A stretch of 64,000 nt of DNA from Actinomycetes bacterium (GTDB lineage: Bacteria; Actinomycetota; Acidimicrobiia; Acidimicrobiales; JAJZXF01). Shown here piece by piece: positions 47,903 through 60,558 of this stretch. The notes beneath the pieces were generated by a model. It worked only from the letters and a program-made list of their open reading frames with translations, was not told where the DNA came from and searched no databases. The position numbers and the translations under genes are program-made. Location of the stretch: the NCBI GenBank assembly GCA_021802485.1, contig JAJZXF010000001.1:46872-110871 (forward strand). Reading direction: 5' to 3'. Positions within the stretch are counted from its first letter, which is position 1, and each line of letters starts with the position of its first letter.

Positions 47903-49429
47903 GGCTTTCGAAGAATCCCTCAGGCGATTGAGCTCCGCGAGAACAGCCTTCCCGTCAGCCTTGCCCCTGGTTTCCTTCATGACCTGACCCACGAAGAACT
48001 GAACGATCTTTTCGTCACCGTCAACGAAGCGGCTCCACTCCTTAGGGCGCGAATTCACTACGCCCGCAACCACACCAGCAAGCTCGCTGCTCGCAAGGAC
48101 CTCAAACCCTCTCGCTTTCGCGATGTCTGTGGGATCGCCACCCTTTGCGAGCATCTCGGAAAGGACTGCCTTTGCTTGCGTCGCACTCAGCTTTCCCTTG
48201 GCCTCCAGAGAGATCAATCGTTCGAACGAGTCGACAGACAACCTCGCAACACCTTCGAGGTTTGCCGCAACCTCATTGGCCGCCCTGGAGAGCGTTAGCC
48301 TCGGATCAGCCCCGAGCTGGACAGCGTCCAGGACGAGCGCGTCAAGACCAAGCTCGACCACGGTCACCACCTGATCATGGAGACCACTACCGAATCCCGC
48401 GGCGCCAGCAGCCTCTTCGCCGAGCGCATCCACCAAGCGCTCGCGGCGCCGCGCTGGCATCGGACCCATCCCCGCAATCGCCTCAGCCTGCCATTGATCG
48501 CCCGGGATTATGGGCACCAGATCCGGTTCGGGAAAGTACCGGTAGTCAAAGGCCTCCTCCTTCGAACGTAGAGGCATCGTCTTCGACGCAGACTCATTCC
48601 AATGCCTGGTCTCCTGGGCCACTACCCCACCTGACTCGATAAGTGCCACCTGGCGTGCAATCTCGAAGTCCACCGCCTTCGCGAGCGAGCGGAGCGAGTT
48701 CAGGTTCTTCACCTCACAACGCGTCCCGAGGTCTTGGACGCCGGAGCGACGCACCGAGACGTTCGCGTCCACCCTGAGGGAGCCCTCCTCCATGCGACCA
48801 TCTGTTGCTCCCGAAGCTACGAGAACTGCCCGAAGCTCACTCACATACATCCTCGCCTGCTGACCCGAGCGGATGTCAGGCTCGCTCACTATCTCGACAA
48901 GTGGCACACCAGCACGGTTGTAGTCAACAAGTGAGTATTCAGCCCCCGAGATCCTGCCGCTCTCGCCAACATGGGTCGTCTTTCCCGTATCCTCTTCCAG
49001 GTGCGCCCTGGTGATCCCCACCGAGGTGCCATCCGGCAGGTCAAGGCGCCCGTTCACGTTGATCGGCTCGTCATACTGGCTGATCTGGTAATCCTTTGGC
49101 ATGTCTGGGTAGAAGTAGTTCTTGCGGTGGAAGACCGACGGCCGGATCTCGCATTGGAGTGCCGTGCCGATACGCATGGCCAACTCGACTGCACGCGAAT
49201 TGAGAACGGGCAGAGAGCCCGGAAGTCCCAAGCAAACCGGGCACACACTCGTATTGGGTTCATCGCCAAACCGGTTCCGGCAACCACAAAACAGTTTCGT
49301 CTCGGTCAATAGTTCACAGTGCACTTCGAGACCGATAACCGCCTCCCAACCCGATACAGGCACGCCAGGCTGTCTCGGAGATGCGTCCTGTGACTTCGAG
49401 GCCTTCGAGGAGGTCTGCCCGACGCTCAT
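47891..49429 (-). CDS. gatB: Asp-tRNA(Asn)/Glu-tRNA(Gln) amidotransferase subunit B
   Basis: 512 aa with WEAVIGLEVHCELLTETKLFCGC and a C-terminal YqeY-like domain. Confidence 0.96.
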   Translation of the reverse strand: MSVGQTSSKASKSQDASPRQPGVPVSGWEAVIGLEVHCELLTETKLFCGCRNRFGDEPNTSVCPVCLGLPGSLPVLNSRAVELAMRIGTALQCEIRPSVFHRKNYFYPDMPKDYQISQYDEPINVNGRLDLPDGTSVGITRAHLEEDTGKTTHVGESGRISGAEYSLVDYNRAGVPLVEIVSEPDIRSGQQARMYVSELRAVLVASGATDGRMEEGSLRVDANVSVRRSGVQDLGTRCEVKNLNSLRSLAKAVDFEIARQVALIESGGVVAQETRHWNESASKTMPLRSKEEAFDYRYFPEPDLVPIIPGDQWQAEAIAGMGPMPARRRERLVDALGEEAAGAAGFGSGLHDQVVTVVELGLDALVLDAVQLGADPRLTLSRAANEVAANLEGVARLSVDSFERLISLEAKGKLSATQAKAVLSEMLAKGGDPTDIAKARGFEVLASSELAGVVAGVVNSRPKEWSRFVDGDEKIVQFFVGQVMKETRGKADGKAVLAELNRLRDSSKASPD

Positions 49430-51033
49430 CTCAAGACCTGTGATTTCATGCCGCTAGCCTGCTCCGTTCCTTGAGACGACACCGTTGCACCCGAGTGAGG
49501 TGCGCCATGTTCAACAACGGCAGCCACCTGGAACATGAGTGGTTCCGCAAGCGCCGGCGCTAGCACCTGGACGCCAACTGGCAGTCCATCATCTCCTGTG
49601 CCGAATGGAACGCTGGCAGCAGGATGACCCGCGAGATTCGAAGGGATAGTGCAGGCATCGGACATGTACATCGCCAGCGGATCATCGACCTTCGACCCGA
49701 TAGCGAACGCAGTGGTTGGTGAGGTTGGGGCTAGAAGCACATCGAAATGCTCATAAGCGGCTTCGAATGCCTGGAGAATCAGGGTGCGGACCCTCTGCGC
49801 CCTTGCATAGTAAGCCTCGTAATAACCAGCCGACAGAGCGTAAGTGCCTAGCATGATGCGACGTTTGACCTCGGCACCAAAACCTTCTGACCTGGTGGCT
49901 ATATTCATCAGCTCCACCGATGGAGCGTCCACCCTCAACCCATAGCGCACACCGTCATACCGGCTGAGGTTTGACGATGCCTCAGCTGGCGCCAGCAGGT
50001 AGTACGCGGACAAGCTGTAAACGCACATCGGTATCGAGATCTCGTCCACCATGGAACCAGCAGACGCGAGAACCTCAGCAGCCTCGTGAACCCTGCTCGC
50101 GACATCCGGCGAAGCGGCGCTGACCAATTCTGACACGACTCCAACTCTGATCTTGTCCGAGCCGTCGTCAAGGCGCGAGACCACTGATGGCGCTATACGG
50201 TCGAGCGACGTCGAGTCCGCCTCGTCATGGCCCGCAATAACCTCGTAAAGAATCGCAGCATCTTTGACGCTCCGAGCGATTGGCCCGACTTGATCAAAAG
50301 AGCTGGCAAAAGCGATCAACCCAAAGCGCGAAACCATTCCGTAGGTGGGCTTGACCCCAACGACGCCACACATTGCTGCAGGCTGGCGCACTGAGCCACC
50401 GGTGTCTGAACCAAGCGCTACAGGAGCGAATCCAGCTGCCACCGCTGCCGCACTGCCACCACTCGACCCCCCAGGCACTCTCGATCTATCCAGCGGGTTA
50501 AGCGTGGCCCCGAAGGCGGAGCTCTCGGTAGATGACCCCATTGCGAACTCATCCATGTTCGTCTTCCCAATGATCACCGCTCCCGCCTCGCGTACCCTGC
50601 GCACTACCGTTGCGTCGTAGGGAGGTCGCCATCCAGCAAGGATGCGCGACGAACACGTGGTCGCGATCTTGCGCGTGCACAGGTTGTCTTTCAGCGCTAT
50701 CGGGACCCCGGTCAGCGGTCCAGGGTTCTCGCCGAGAGCCACTCGCCTGTCAAGCTCATCTGCGGCATCCAAAGCCTCCCTGGCTGTGACTTCATTGAAA
50801 GCATGCACATCACCATCCACCTCGGCAATCCGCTCGAGATGAGCCTCGGCGACCTGCCGGGCAGAGATCTCACCGCTGATGACTGCGGCGGATATCTCCT
50901 GTGCTGTCGAGAGCCGGGGTGCGCTGTAGAACGGCGGAATCGCCGAAGTAGCCTGAGTGCGGGCACGGTCCACCTCAGGACCACCCGCTGGGCGAGCCGA
51001 CGTACCCTCGCTGGTATCGCCGGAGCCAGTCAC
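49426..51033 (-). CDS. gatA: Asp-tRNA(Asn)/Glu-tRNA(Gln) amidotransferase subunit A
   Basis: 535 aa with the amidase signature GGSSGGSAAAVAAG. 4-nt overlaps with gatB and gatC. Confidence 0.96.
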   Translation of the reverse strand: MTGSGDTSEGTSARPAGGPEVDRARTQATSAIPPFYSAPRLSTAQEISAAVISGEISARQVAEAHLERIAEVDGDVHAFNEVTAREALDAADELDRRVALGENPGPLTGVPIALKDNLCTRKIATTCSSRILAGWRPPYDATVVRRVREAGAVIIGKTNMDEFAMGSSTESSAFGATLNPLDRSRVPGGSSGGSAAAVAAGFAPVALGSDTGGSVRQPAAMCGVVGVKPTYGMVSRFGLIAFASSFDQVGPIARSVKDAAILYEVIAGHDEADSTSLDRIAPSVVSRLDDGSDKIRVGVVSELVSAASPDVASRVHEAAEVLASAGSMVDEISIPMCVYSLSAYYLLAPAEASSNLSRYDGVRYGLRVDAPSVELMNIATRSEGFGAEVKRRIMLGTYALSAGYYEAYYARAQRVRTLILQAFEAAYEHFDVLLAPTSPTTAFAIGSKVDDPLAMYMSDACTIPSNLAGHPAASVPFGTGDDGLPVGVQVLAPALAEPLMFQVAAVVEHGAPHSGATVSSQGTEQASGMKSQVLR

Positions 51034-51347
51034 AGTTCAACTCCGAGAATACGCGGCACTCGAAACTTGCCGTCCTCTGCAAGGGGAGCCTCGCTCAGGA
51101 CCTCGTCGCGATCGAGGCCCGGGCGAGGATCGTCTGGGCGCATCACGTTTCGAACTGGAAGAGGATGAGACATCGGATCGACGCCCGATATGTCGAGCTC
51201 TGCCATCTCCGCCGCGTGCTGGAGCACCGCTCCAAGCTGGACTGTGAAGTGCTGTAGCTCCTCGCTGGTCAGCTGCAAGCGAGCCAACCTCGCGACGTGA
51301 GCAACCGCATCGACGGTTATGCCCCCCGCTGGCATGTCGGCAGGCAT
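51030..51347 (-). CDS. gatC: Asp-tRNA(Asn)/Glu-tRNA(Gln) amidotransferase subunit C (as an independently initiated product)
   Basis: The last 105 codons of ORF 51030-52223, from ATG 51347 (or ATG 51335). The sequence ITVDAVAHVARLARLQLTSEELQHFTVQLGAVLQHAAEMAELDISGVDPMSHP is a typical GatC. Confidence 0.8.
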   Translation of the reverse strand: MPADMPAGGITVDAVAHVARLARLQLTSEELQHFTVQLGAVLQHAAEMAELDISGVDPMSHPLPVRNVMRPDDPRPGLDRDEVLSEAPLAEDGKFRVPRILGVEL

Positions 51348-52223
51348 CTCGCTCGAATCACGAGGTCGCTCAGCGGAAATTGAACGCCCCAACACCCCTA
51401 AGACGAAGTCGAGCGCCTCCGACTCGATGATGTCTCGGTCATAGTCGAGTGTCGCGACGTGATAGCTCCTCTCCAGCCAGACACGCTTTAGCGGAACCGT
51501 CACCCGCTCCATTAGAAACTCGCCTGTGGATGTCGGGACTACGTGGTCCTCCCTACTCGTCATAAGCAGGATAGGACAGGTGATCTCGTGAAGATCACCG
51601 ACCAGCGCATCTAGTCCCTCGAAAAGTGACAATGCGGGTGCAAGTGGCGACCCTGGATAGCTCAACTCGGCTGCGGCCGGCATTGCAATGTCCGATCCCA
51701 CCGCTGGAGCCACCTCCGCTCCGCCAGCAAGCGCTCCTTGGAGAATCTCGCGAAAGCTCTCAGCAGGGGGCTCGACGAACGGATTGATCAGAACGACCCC
51801 GGCAATCTCATGGTGGTCAGCTGCAAGCCGACACGCCAAGCTGCCGCCCATGGACAGCCCTACCACCGCAACCACACGACACATCTCAGCAAGCTTGAGG
51901 TATGCGTCATCGGCCGCCTTACTCCAGTCCTGCCACCGCATCCCAAGCAGGTCCTCAATATCGGTACCATGCCCTGGGAGCAACGGCATCTCCACGCTGA
52001 ACCCAGCCTCTACAAACCTCTCCGCTAGCGGCCTCATCGACTGCGGACTGCCAGTGAAGCCGTGAAGGACAAGGACGCCGCGATCTCCGCTGCTGTGCGA
52101 CAACGGCTCTGCTCCCAAAAGGACTGGTCTCACCACCCAGCGGATGTTAGCGCCTAGAACACCGGCTCTGAAATCCGGGCACTGGAAAGCTCGCGCACTT
52201 GGACAGCTTCGCTGAAAAAGCAC
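51030..52223 (-). CDS. Alpha/beta-hydrolase (carboxylesterase/monoacylglycerol-lipase-like) ORF reading without a stop into gatC
   Basis: 397-aa continuous ORF. It has LVLHGFTGSPQSM, the nucleophile elbow GLSMGG, and Asp (SREDHVV) and His (SYHVATLD) of the triad. A ~20-aa linker (GRSISAERPRDSSEMPADMPAGG) then joins it to the GatC sequence in the same frame. Confidence 0.6.
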   Translation of the reverse strand: MLFQRSCPSARAFQCPDFRAGVLGANIRWVVRPVLLGAEPLSHSSGDRGVLVLHGFTGSPQSMRPLAERFVEAGFSVEMPLLPGHGTDIEDLLGMRWQDWSKAADDAYLKLAEMCRVVAVVGLSMGGSLACRLAADHHEIAGVVLINPFVEPPAESFREILQGALAGGAEVAPAVGSDIAMPAAAELSYPGSPLAPALSLFEGLDALVGDLHEITCPILLMTSREDHVVPTSTGEFLMERVTVPLKRVWLERSYHVATLDYDRDIIESEALDFVLGVLGRSISAERPRDSSEMPADMPAGGITVDAVAHVARLARLQLTSEELQHFTVQLGAVLQHAAEMAELDISGVDPMSHPLPVRNVMRPDDPRPGLDRDEVLSEAPLAEDGKFRVPRILGVEL

Positions 52224-52575
52224 AGCCGCTCCCGTCTCCCTTGGCCTGATCGGACGGCCATAGCCAACTGGTGATGACGGTATGCTCGCGTAACTCCGCC
52301 TCGTTCGGCCGCGAGAACCTCTCGGATGGCCGCTGTCTGATCCCGTGATCTCGAAACAAATCTCATGACCACAGGCATGAGAACAGTCGACCGTACTCGC
52401 CTAATACGGTTTCGGACTAAACTGATTCGTGTTCGATCATCGACTGGAACCTGTGGTAGCTCTTTGAGCGCAGCTGGTGATCGTACATCATGGGCGGTGC
52501 TCTTGTGCCGGGATCCCCAACGGGGCCACAGACCCAGACCAAGAGCAACCGGGTACAACACTATGGAGGCAGGAT

Positions 52576-55312
<2,737 letters not shown>

Positions 55313-55876
55313 CTATTCGTAGTAGCCAGAGTGGATATAGAAGCAATGCACGCCCTCAGCCCGGAACATCTCGCGGTTTCGCGGATCATCCTCGAACCCA
55401 AGGCAGACATCGAAACCGTACTCTCGCAACGCAGCGAGCGCCGAACGCTTGTAATCCACCACCGCAGCACGATCACTCACAAGGCGCATTATGAGCAGAT
55501 CCCAGCGGATTGCGTTGCGTTCCAGCCATCCCCGAGTCTGAGTAAGCACCCGAAGCGGCCGGCCTGTGAGAAGCACCACCTTCAGCTTTTCATCCAGTAG
55601 ATCAAGAAGGCGCGCTGTCTCCTCGATCAGAGGATCCTCATCGCAAGACGCAAAGAAGCCTTCCCAGTCACGTTTCGGACCCACAAGGAAGTGCTGACGA
55701 CCAGCTGCCTCCGAGATCACACCATCGATGTCAAATACGACCGCACGGTCCGCGGGAACTGGAGCTTCACGCCAGGACCAGCCATCCCGAACCGAGTCAG
55801 GACTCCCTGCTCGCGACCCGGACCCCGTCCCGCCAAGCCCAGCTGTCCCACCCGAGGTCGGTGATTCGCTGCCCAT
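55313..55876 (-). CDS. HAD-superfamily phosphatase (polynucleotide-phosphatase/acid-phosphatase-like)
   Basis: 187 aa with motif I VVFDIDGVIS, LLTGRP and a C-terminal FEDDPRN. The N-terminus is low-complexity Gly/Ser-rich. Confidence 0.65.
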   Translation of the reverse strand: MGSESPTSGGTAGLGGTGSGSRAGSPDSVRDGWSWREAPVPADRAVVFDIDGVISEAAGRQHFLVGPKRDWEGFFASCDEDPLIEETARLLDLLDEKLKVVLLTGRPLRVLTQTRGWLERNAIRWDLLIMRLVSDRAAVVDYKRSALAALREYGFDVCLGFEDDPRNREMFRAEGVHCFYIHSGYYE

Positions 55877-55881
55877 CGCGC

Positions 55882-57876
55882 TCAGTCCTCGGTCGGCGAC
55901 GCCTCAGCCCTCCGTCGAATCTCGTCGACGACCCCAACATCAGCAAGTGTGGTGGTGTCGCCAAGGTCCCTTCCCTCTGCTACATCGCGCAGCAGCCTTC
56001 TCATGATCTTCCCGCTCCTCGTCTTTGGAAGCTCATCAGTGAAGATCACTACCTTTGGCCTTGCAATCGGTCCGATACGCTGCGCGACATGGTCTCTCAA
56101 CTCACGGCCGTGCTTGTCGGAAGCATCCACCTGCATACCTCCCCTCAGCGTCACGAATGCCACGATCCCCTGTCCTGTGGTCTCATCCTTTGCACCCACG
56201 ACCGCTGCCTCGGCAACGCTCGGGTGGTCCACGAGTGCGGACTCGACCTCAGTAGTCGAGATCCGATGCCCGGAGACGTTCATCACATCGTCCACACGCC
56301 CTACAAACCACAGGTAACCGTCCTCGTCGACCTTCGCACCATCGCCCGCGAAGTACCGACCGGGGAACCTGCTCCAGTAGGTCTCCCGGTAGCGCTCCGG
56401 GTCACCGTAGATGCCGCGAAGCATCGCTGGCCATGGCCGCGTCAGCGTGAAGTACCCACCGCCGCGCTCCACACGGTTCCCTGCATCGTCAACCACCTCA
56501 GCGCCAATGCCAGGCAATGGAAACGTCGCAGACCCCGGTTTGAGCGACGTCACGCCGGGCAACGGCGCAACGAGAATCGCACCGGTCTCGGTCTGCCACC
56601 AGGTATCGACAACCGGGCACCTGCCGCCGCCAATATGCTCCCAGTACCATACCCACGCCTCTGGATTGATCGGCTCGCCGACCGAGCCAAGCAGCCGCAG
56701 TGCACTGAGGTCATGCGCTCGCGGGTACTCCGAGCCCCACTTGATGAACGTCCTGATCGCGGTAGGGGCCGTATAAAGCGTCGTAACGCGGTAGCGCTCT
56801 GCGATCTCCCACCAGCGGTCCTTAGATGGAAAGTCAGGCGTTCCTTCGTACATCACACTGCTGCAGCCGTTGGCAAGCGGGCCGTAGACTATATAGCTGT
56901 GACCGGTGACCCAGCCGCAGTCAGCCGCGCACCAGTACACGTCGGTGTCAGGATGCAGGTCGAACACGTAACGATGGCTGAACGCCACCTGGGTTAGGTA
57001 ACCACCTGTCGTATGCATGATCCCCTTTGGCTTCGCAGTGGTACCTGAGGTGTAAAGCAAGTACAGGAGATCCTCTGAGTCCATCGGCTCGGGCGGGCAC
57101 TCGGCATCTGCTTCCAGGACAAGGTCGTGCCAAAAGTGGTCCCTGCCGGGTTGCATCAACGGGACATCTCCGTCACCTGTTCTTTGTACGACCACCACGT
57201 GCTCGATCGATCGCGTGTCGGAGAGAATCGGCGCCGCGTTCTCAAACAACGGAACGACGGCTCCCCTCCGCCAGCCGCCGTCGGCCGTCACCAGGACCTT
57301 GGCACTCGCGTCATTGATCCTGTCACGAAGCGCGTCGGGAGAAAAACCCCCAAACACCACCGAGTGGGGAGCCCCGATTCGCGCGCACGCGAGCATCGCG
57401 ACCACGATCTCGGGGATCATCGGCATGTAGATGGCAACCCGATCTCCCTTGGTGACACCGAGCCCCTTCAGCGCATTGGCAAACCGCTGGACCTCGTCCA
57501 ACAGCTCCGCGTAAGTGATAACACGCTGATCGCCAGGCTCTCCCTCCCAGTAATACGCCACACGACCGCCGTTGCCAGCTAGCACGTGGCGGTCGAGGCA
57601 GTTGTATGAGACGTTCAGCTTTCCGCCGTTGAACCATTTGGCAAACGGGAGCTCCCATTCACACACCGTTTTCCATGGCTCGAACCAATCCAGTGCTGCT
57701 GCCTGGGTAGCCCAGAATCCCTCCCAGTCGGCATCTGCAGCCTCATACAGCGAGCGATCCGCGATGAGCGCCCGCTCCCTCACCTCTTCACTTGGCGGGA
57801 ACTCCCGCCCCTCGTGGTAGTAGTCCTCGATTGTGGCAGAGGGAGCGGCCTCGACATTTTCCCGCGCGACAGACAT
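55882..57876 (-). CDS. acs: Acetyl-CoA synthetase (acetate--CoA ligase)
   Basis: 664 aa with the AMP-binding motif [18 protein letters not shown] and C-terminal [14 protein letters not shown]. Confidence 0.95.
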   Translation of the reverse strand: MSVARENVEAAPSATIEDYYHEGREFPPSEEVRERALIADRSLYEAADADWEGFWATQAAALDWFEPWKTVCEWELPFAKWFNGGKLNVSYNCLDRHVLAGNGGRVAYYWEGEPGDQRVITYAELLDEVQRFANALKGLGVTKGDRVAIYMPMIPEIVVAMLACARIGAPHSVVFGGFSPDALRDRINDASAKVLVTADGGWRRGAVVPLFENAAPILSDTRSIEHVVVVQRTGDGDVPLMQPGRDHFWHDLVLEADAECPPEPMDSEDLLYLLYTSGTTAKPKGIMHTTGGYLTQVAFSHRYVFDLHPDTDVYWCAADCGWVTGHSYIVYGPLANGCSSVMYEGTPDFPSKDRWWEIAERYRVTTLYTAPTAIRTFIKWGSEYPRAHDLSALRLLGSVGEPINPEAWVWYWEHIGGGRCPVVDTWWQTETGAILVAPLPGVTSLKPGSATFPLPGIGAEVVDDAGNRVERGGGYFTLTRPWPAMLRGIYGDPERYRETYWSRFPGRYFAGDGAKVDEDGYLWFVGRVDDVMNVSGHRISTTEVESALVDHPSVAEAAVVGAKDETTGQGIVAFVTLRGGMQVDASDKHGRELRDHVAQRIGPIARPKVVIFTDELPKTRSGKIMRRLLRDVAEGRDLGDTTTLADVGVVDEIRRRAEASPTED

Positions 57877-57989
57877 GCTATGTCACATTAGCCGCAGGTC
57901 CGTTCCCGGTGCGTGTGCAGTAGTTGCACACTCCTTCGGCGGCCTATGAACTCTAGGCCGTGCCGTTGCCTTGGACTGACGCGCAAACA

Positions 57990-59720
57990 TCAGGACACCG
58001 CCTTCTTGGGGCTGGGTGAGACTCCGTCAAGTACGCCGACAGAGCCGGTGGCGACAACAGCTTCCCGATCAAAGGGGCGGTCCCCGACAGAACTGCGTCG
58101 GGCGGTCTTCCTCCCCCCTCCATTGGCCCTCGGGCCTCCGGCTCGGGCACACCCCCGCGAACTGCGGGTGCCTTGCTTTCGGTCTTTCTTCTCCCAGCCA
58201 TACGGACGCACTGGGAGCTTGGACCTCTCGACCGGTTCCCCAGTCGAGAGCGCACAGAGCATTGCCACACAGGCAAGCTCTGCTAACGATTGAAGGTTGT
58301 ACGCTGCGTTCAGGTCGCGATCGATCACAAGATCGCACTTTGGGCACTCGAACACACGCTGCGAGCGATTCAGGTCGTGGTTCACGACCTTACATACAGA
58401 GCAGGTCTTCGATGATGGGTACCAGCGGTTCGCGAGCAAGAGGACGCCGGCGAAGCGCACATGCTTGTAGGAGACCTGTCGGCGCAGCTCCGCCAAGGCC
58501 GAATCGGCCTGGGATCGGTTGTACCCCCGCTTTCTGCGACCTCTTCGTATCATGCCGGAAGCGTTCAAGTCTTCGACCACGTTCACGCTGTAGGTGCTCG
58601 CAAGGCGATGGGACTCCTTGTGGATCCGGTCTTTGCGGATGTTCGCAGCCTTCGCATGAGCACGGCGCAGCTTGGCCTGGGTGTCCTTTGACCGCTTGGA
58701 GCGGATCTTCCAAAGACAGCGACCAGCGATATGGGTCCCGTCCGCGTTGAAGCACACTGGGCTCGCTGTGCGGTGCTGGCGGTCCATCCTGCGCTGGTAA
58801 CGGTTGATCTTCTCGCGTACCTGCTTCTCAGCTCTCGGGTTTTCGACTACATGAGCGTCCGAGGAGGTAGTGAGGTGAGCAATGCCTACGTCGGTGCCAC
58901 AGACGCCATGTGTTGTCGGTATGCGAGCTTCTCGCTTCACGATCACGTTGAACGAGACGAACCGACGGCCTCCTTCCTCTGACAGGGTAGCCCGGAGGAT
59001 CTTTGCTGTGCGGTCTTCGATCTTGAGGCGAAGTTTGTCTGTCGGCTCCTTTGTGCGCCGTACCCCGATGACGGGCAAGCGCACATGATGGCGGTCAACG
59101 ACAGTCACCGCTCCTGTCGTGAAGCCTACCGACTCGCGCCCTCGGTGCTTGCGGGGTGGGTGTGGCCAGTTGACCGACGAACCTTTGCGCGTGCCGTTCT
59201 TTGAGTCGAAGTAGTTCTTGAGTGCAAGTGCTGTGGCCTCAAAGCCAGACGAGTATGCCTCCTTTGAGTTCTCCTTCCACCAGCCAACCGCTGGAATGAC
59301 TCGGTCCGCGTAGTTCCTTGCCTCTATCCTGTGCGCACCTTGGCGAAGTGCGAGGACTTCGAGCACCTCCCTTGCACAGATGTTCTCTACCGCAGCTTCG
59401 CGCTCAACATCGTCCCTTGCGGTGATGAGGTCCTTCTGGTCGTTCCAGATGCGCCGCATCGCAGCCTGTGACCAGGGAACCGGGACCATCGTCTGTGCCC
59501 AGGTGTCAGCGTCTTTCGTACTTGCTCTCTGTCTAAGAGCGAGCACTCGGTAGGTGTTTCTCCGATGGAGCTGGTCTTCTACGAGCCCGAGTGCCCACTT
59601 CTTAGCGAGGCGCTTGGCACCGAGGTGAGACGCCTCGACAGGGTCCATCCGCTTCCCTGAGTCCAGGCAGAACTTGTATGCCTGTGCGCACCAGCTATCT
59701 GGGATCTGGAACCTACTCAC
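57990..59720 (-). CDS. tnpB: TnpB (OrfB) RuvC-like RNA-guided endonuclease family protein, long form
   Basis: 576 aa. RuvC-I is CGTDVGIAHL, an acidic residue sits in VNVVEDLN, and the zinc ribbon is CSVCKVV...CPKCDLVIDRDLNAAYNL. About 100 aa follow the last motif, longer than usual. Confidence 0.88.
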   Translation of the reverse strand: MSRFQIPDSWCAQAYKFCLDSGKRMDPVEASHLGAKRLAKKWALGLVEDQLHRRNTYRVLALRQRASTKDADTWAQTMVPVPWSQAAMRRIWNDQKDLITARDDVEREAAVENICAREVLEVLALRQGAHRIEARNYADRVIPAVGWWKENSKEAYSSGFEATALALKNYFDSKNGTRKGSSVNWPHPPRKHRGRESVGFTTGAVTVVDRHHVRLPVIGVRRTKEPTDKLRLKIEDRTAKILRATLSEEGGRRFVSFNVIVKREARIPTTHGVCGTDVGIAHLTTSSDAHVVENPRAEKQVREKINRYQRRMDRQHRTASPVCFNADGTHIAGRCLWKIRSKRSKDTQAKLRRAHAKAANIRKDRIHKESHRLASTYSVNVVEDLNASGMIRRGRRKRGYNRSQADSALAELRRQVSYKHVRFAGVLLLANRWYPSSKTCSVCKVVNHDLNRSQRVFECPKCDLVIDRDLNAAYNLQSLAELACVAMLCALSTGEPVERSKLPVRPYGWEKKDRKQGTRSSRGCARAGGPRANGGGRKTARRSSVGDRPFDREAVVATGSVGVLDGVSPSPKKAVS

Positions 59721-60329
59721 GGTGTGATCTTCTCACGGGGCTGTATCAGTGCCATCGGCCCCACGTCGTTGTTCGGGTACCGAAGTGCCTTCTTAGCGCG
59801 GTTGCGAGCGCCTCGGCGACCATACAGACAAGCGCAGAAGCTCGTGAGCACCTCGGTCATGTCGCGCACGAGGTCGTCTTCGACCTCGCTGGCATCGAAG
59901 ACCTCTACACGTCGGCCCTCAGCCGAGAGCGCGGCTTCGGGATGCTCGAAACCGAAGCGGGCAAGGCGGTCCCTGTGCTCGACCACGATGATCGCAGCAG
60001 TCCGGTCGGCTAGAACTCTGGCGAGCTTGCGACGCCTGTAGTTCATCCCCGAGGCGACATCGGTTACCACCTCATCCACTGACAAGCCTGATGACCTCGC
60101 CCACTCGGTGAGCCGTGCTACCTGGCGGTCGAGGTCATCGCGTTGGTCGTCACTCGACACTCGCGCGTAGAGCACCGTGCGGGCGTGCTCAGTCCCGCTC
60201 GTTACGGCATCGACGAGGATGAGCTGGCCTACGCGATGTGTGAGGGACGAACAGGGTGCCGTCGCGCCACCAGCGGTAGGCGGTGTGCTTGTTCACCCCC
60301 ACCATCTTGGCCCAGTCGGACAAGTTCAC
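59717..60329 (-). pseudogene. tnpA: IS607-type serine recombinase TnpA, frameshifted between the HTH and the catalytic domain
   Basis: The frame from GTG 60329 reads VNLSDWAKMVGVNKHTAYRWWRDGTLFVPHT..., a MerR-like HTH, and stops at 60189-60191. The catalytic domain (HRVGQLILVDAVTSGTEHARTVLYARVSSDDQRDDLDRQ...) continues in another frame (ORF 59717-60175). The shift is at about 60236-60245. Confidence 0.8.
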
Positions 60330-60558
60330 CCCCACACACTAGCACATATGTGTGTGCCCTCATGTGCACTCGATGGCCGGCAGCTACTAGCCCTGGGCGA
60401 TCACGTGCTTGGTAGCCGTGCGAGCCACCTGGTGGTCGAAGCCGCTCCAGAACACCAAAAGATTGGCCTTGCCTTTGAACTTCTTCATCATCAGAAACGC
60501 TCCGAAAAACCCGGCCTTGGGTTACGGGATGGATAGGCACTCGGGCCGAAGGCCCGAT

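Larger units (their letters stand above)
57912..60357 (-). mobile_element. IS607-family (IS200/IS605 superfamily) element: serine-recombinase tnpA (frameshifted) + tnpB; ends approximate
   Basis: tnpA and tnpB overlap by GTGA, the typical IS607 organisation. No TIR or TSD is expected for this family. GT/CA-rich hairpins lie near both presumed ends (60333-60356 and 57913-57931). Confidence 0.75.

Noticed and set aside
52154-52561. 135-aa minus-strand ORF upstream of and overlapping the esterase start, with a faint Fur/ArsR-like stretch (RDQTAAIREVLAAERGG)
   Set aside because: The similarity is too short, there are no metal-binding or wing motifs, and the composition is Arg-rich.
60387-60491. 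34-codon minus-strand ORF MMKKFKGKANLLVFWSGFDHQVARTATKHVIAQG between the IS607 element and the IS30 relic
   Set aside because: No SD and no recognisable family. It is likely a fragment or chance ORF in junk between two mobile-element remnants.
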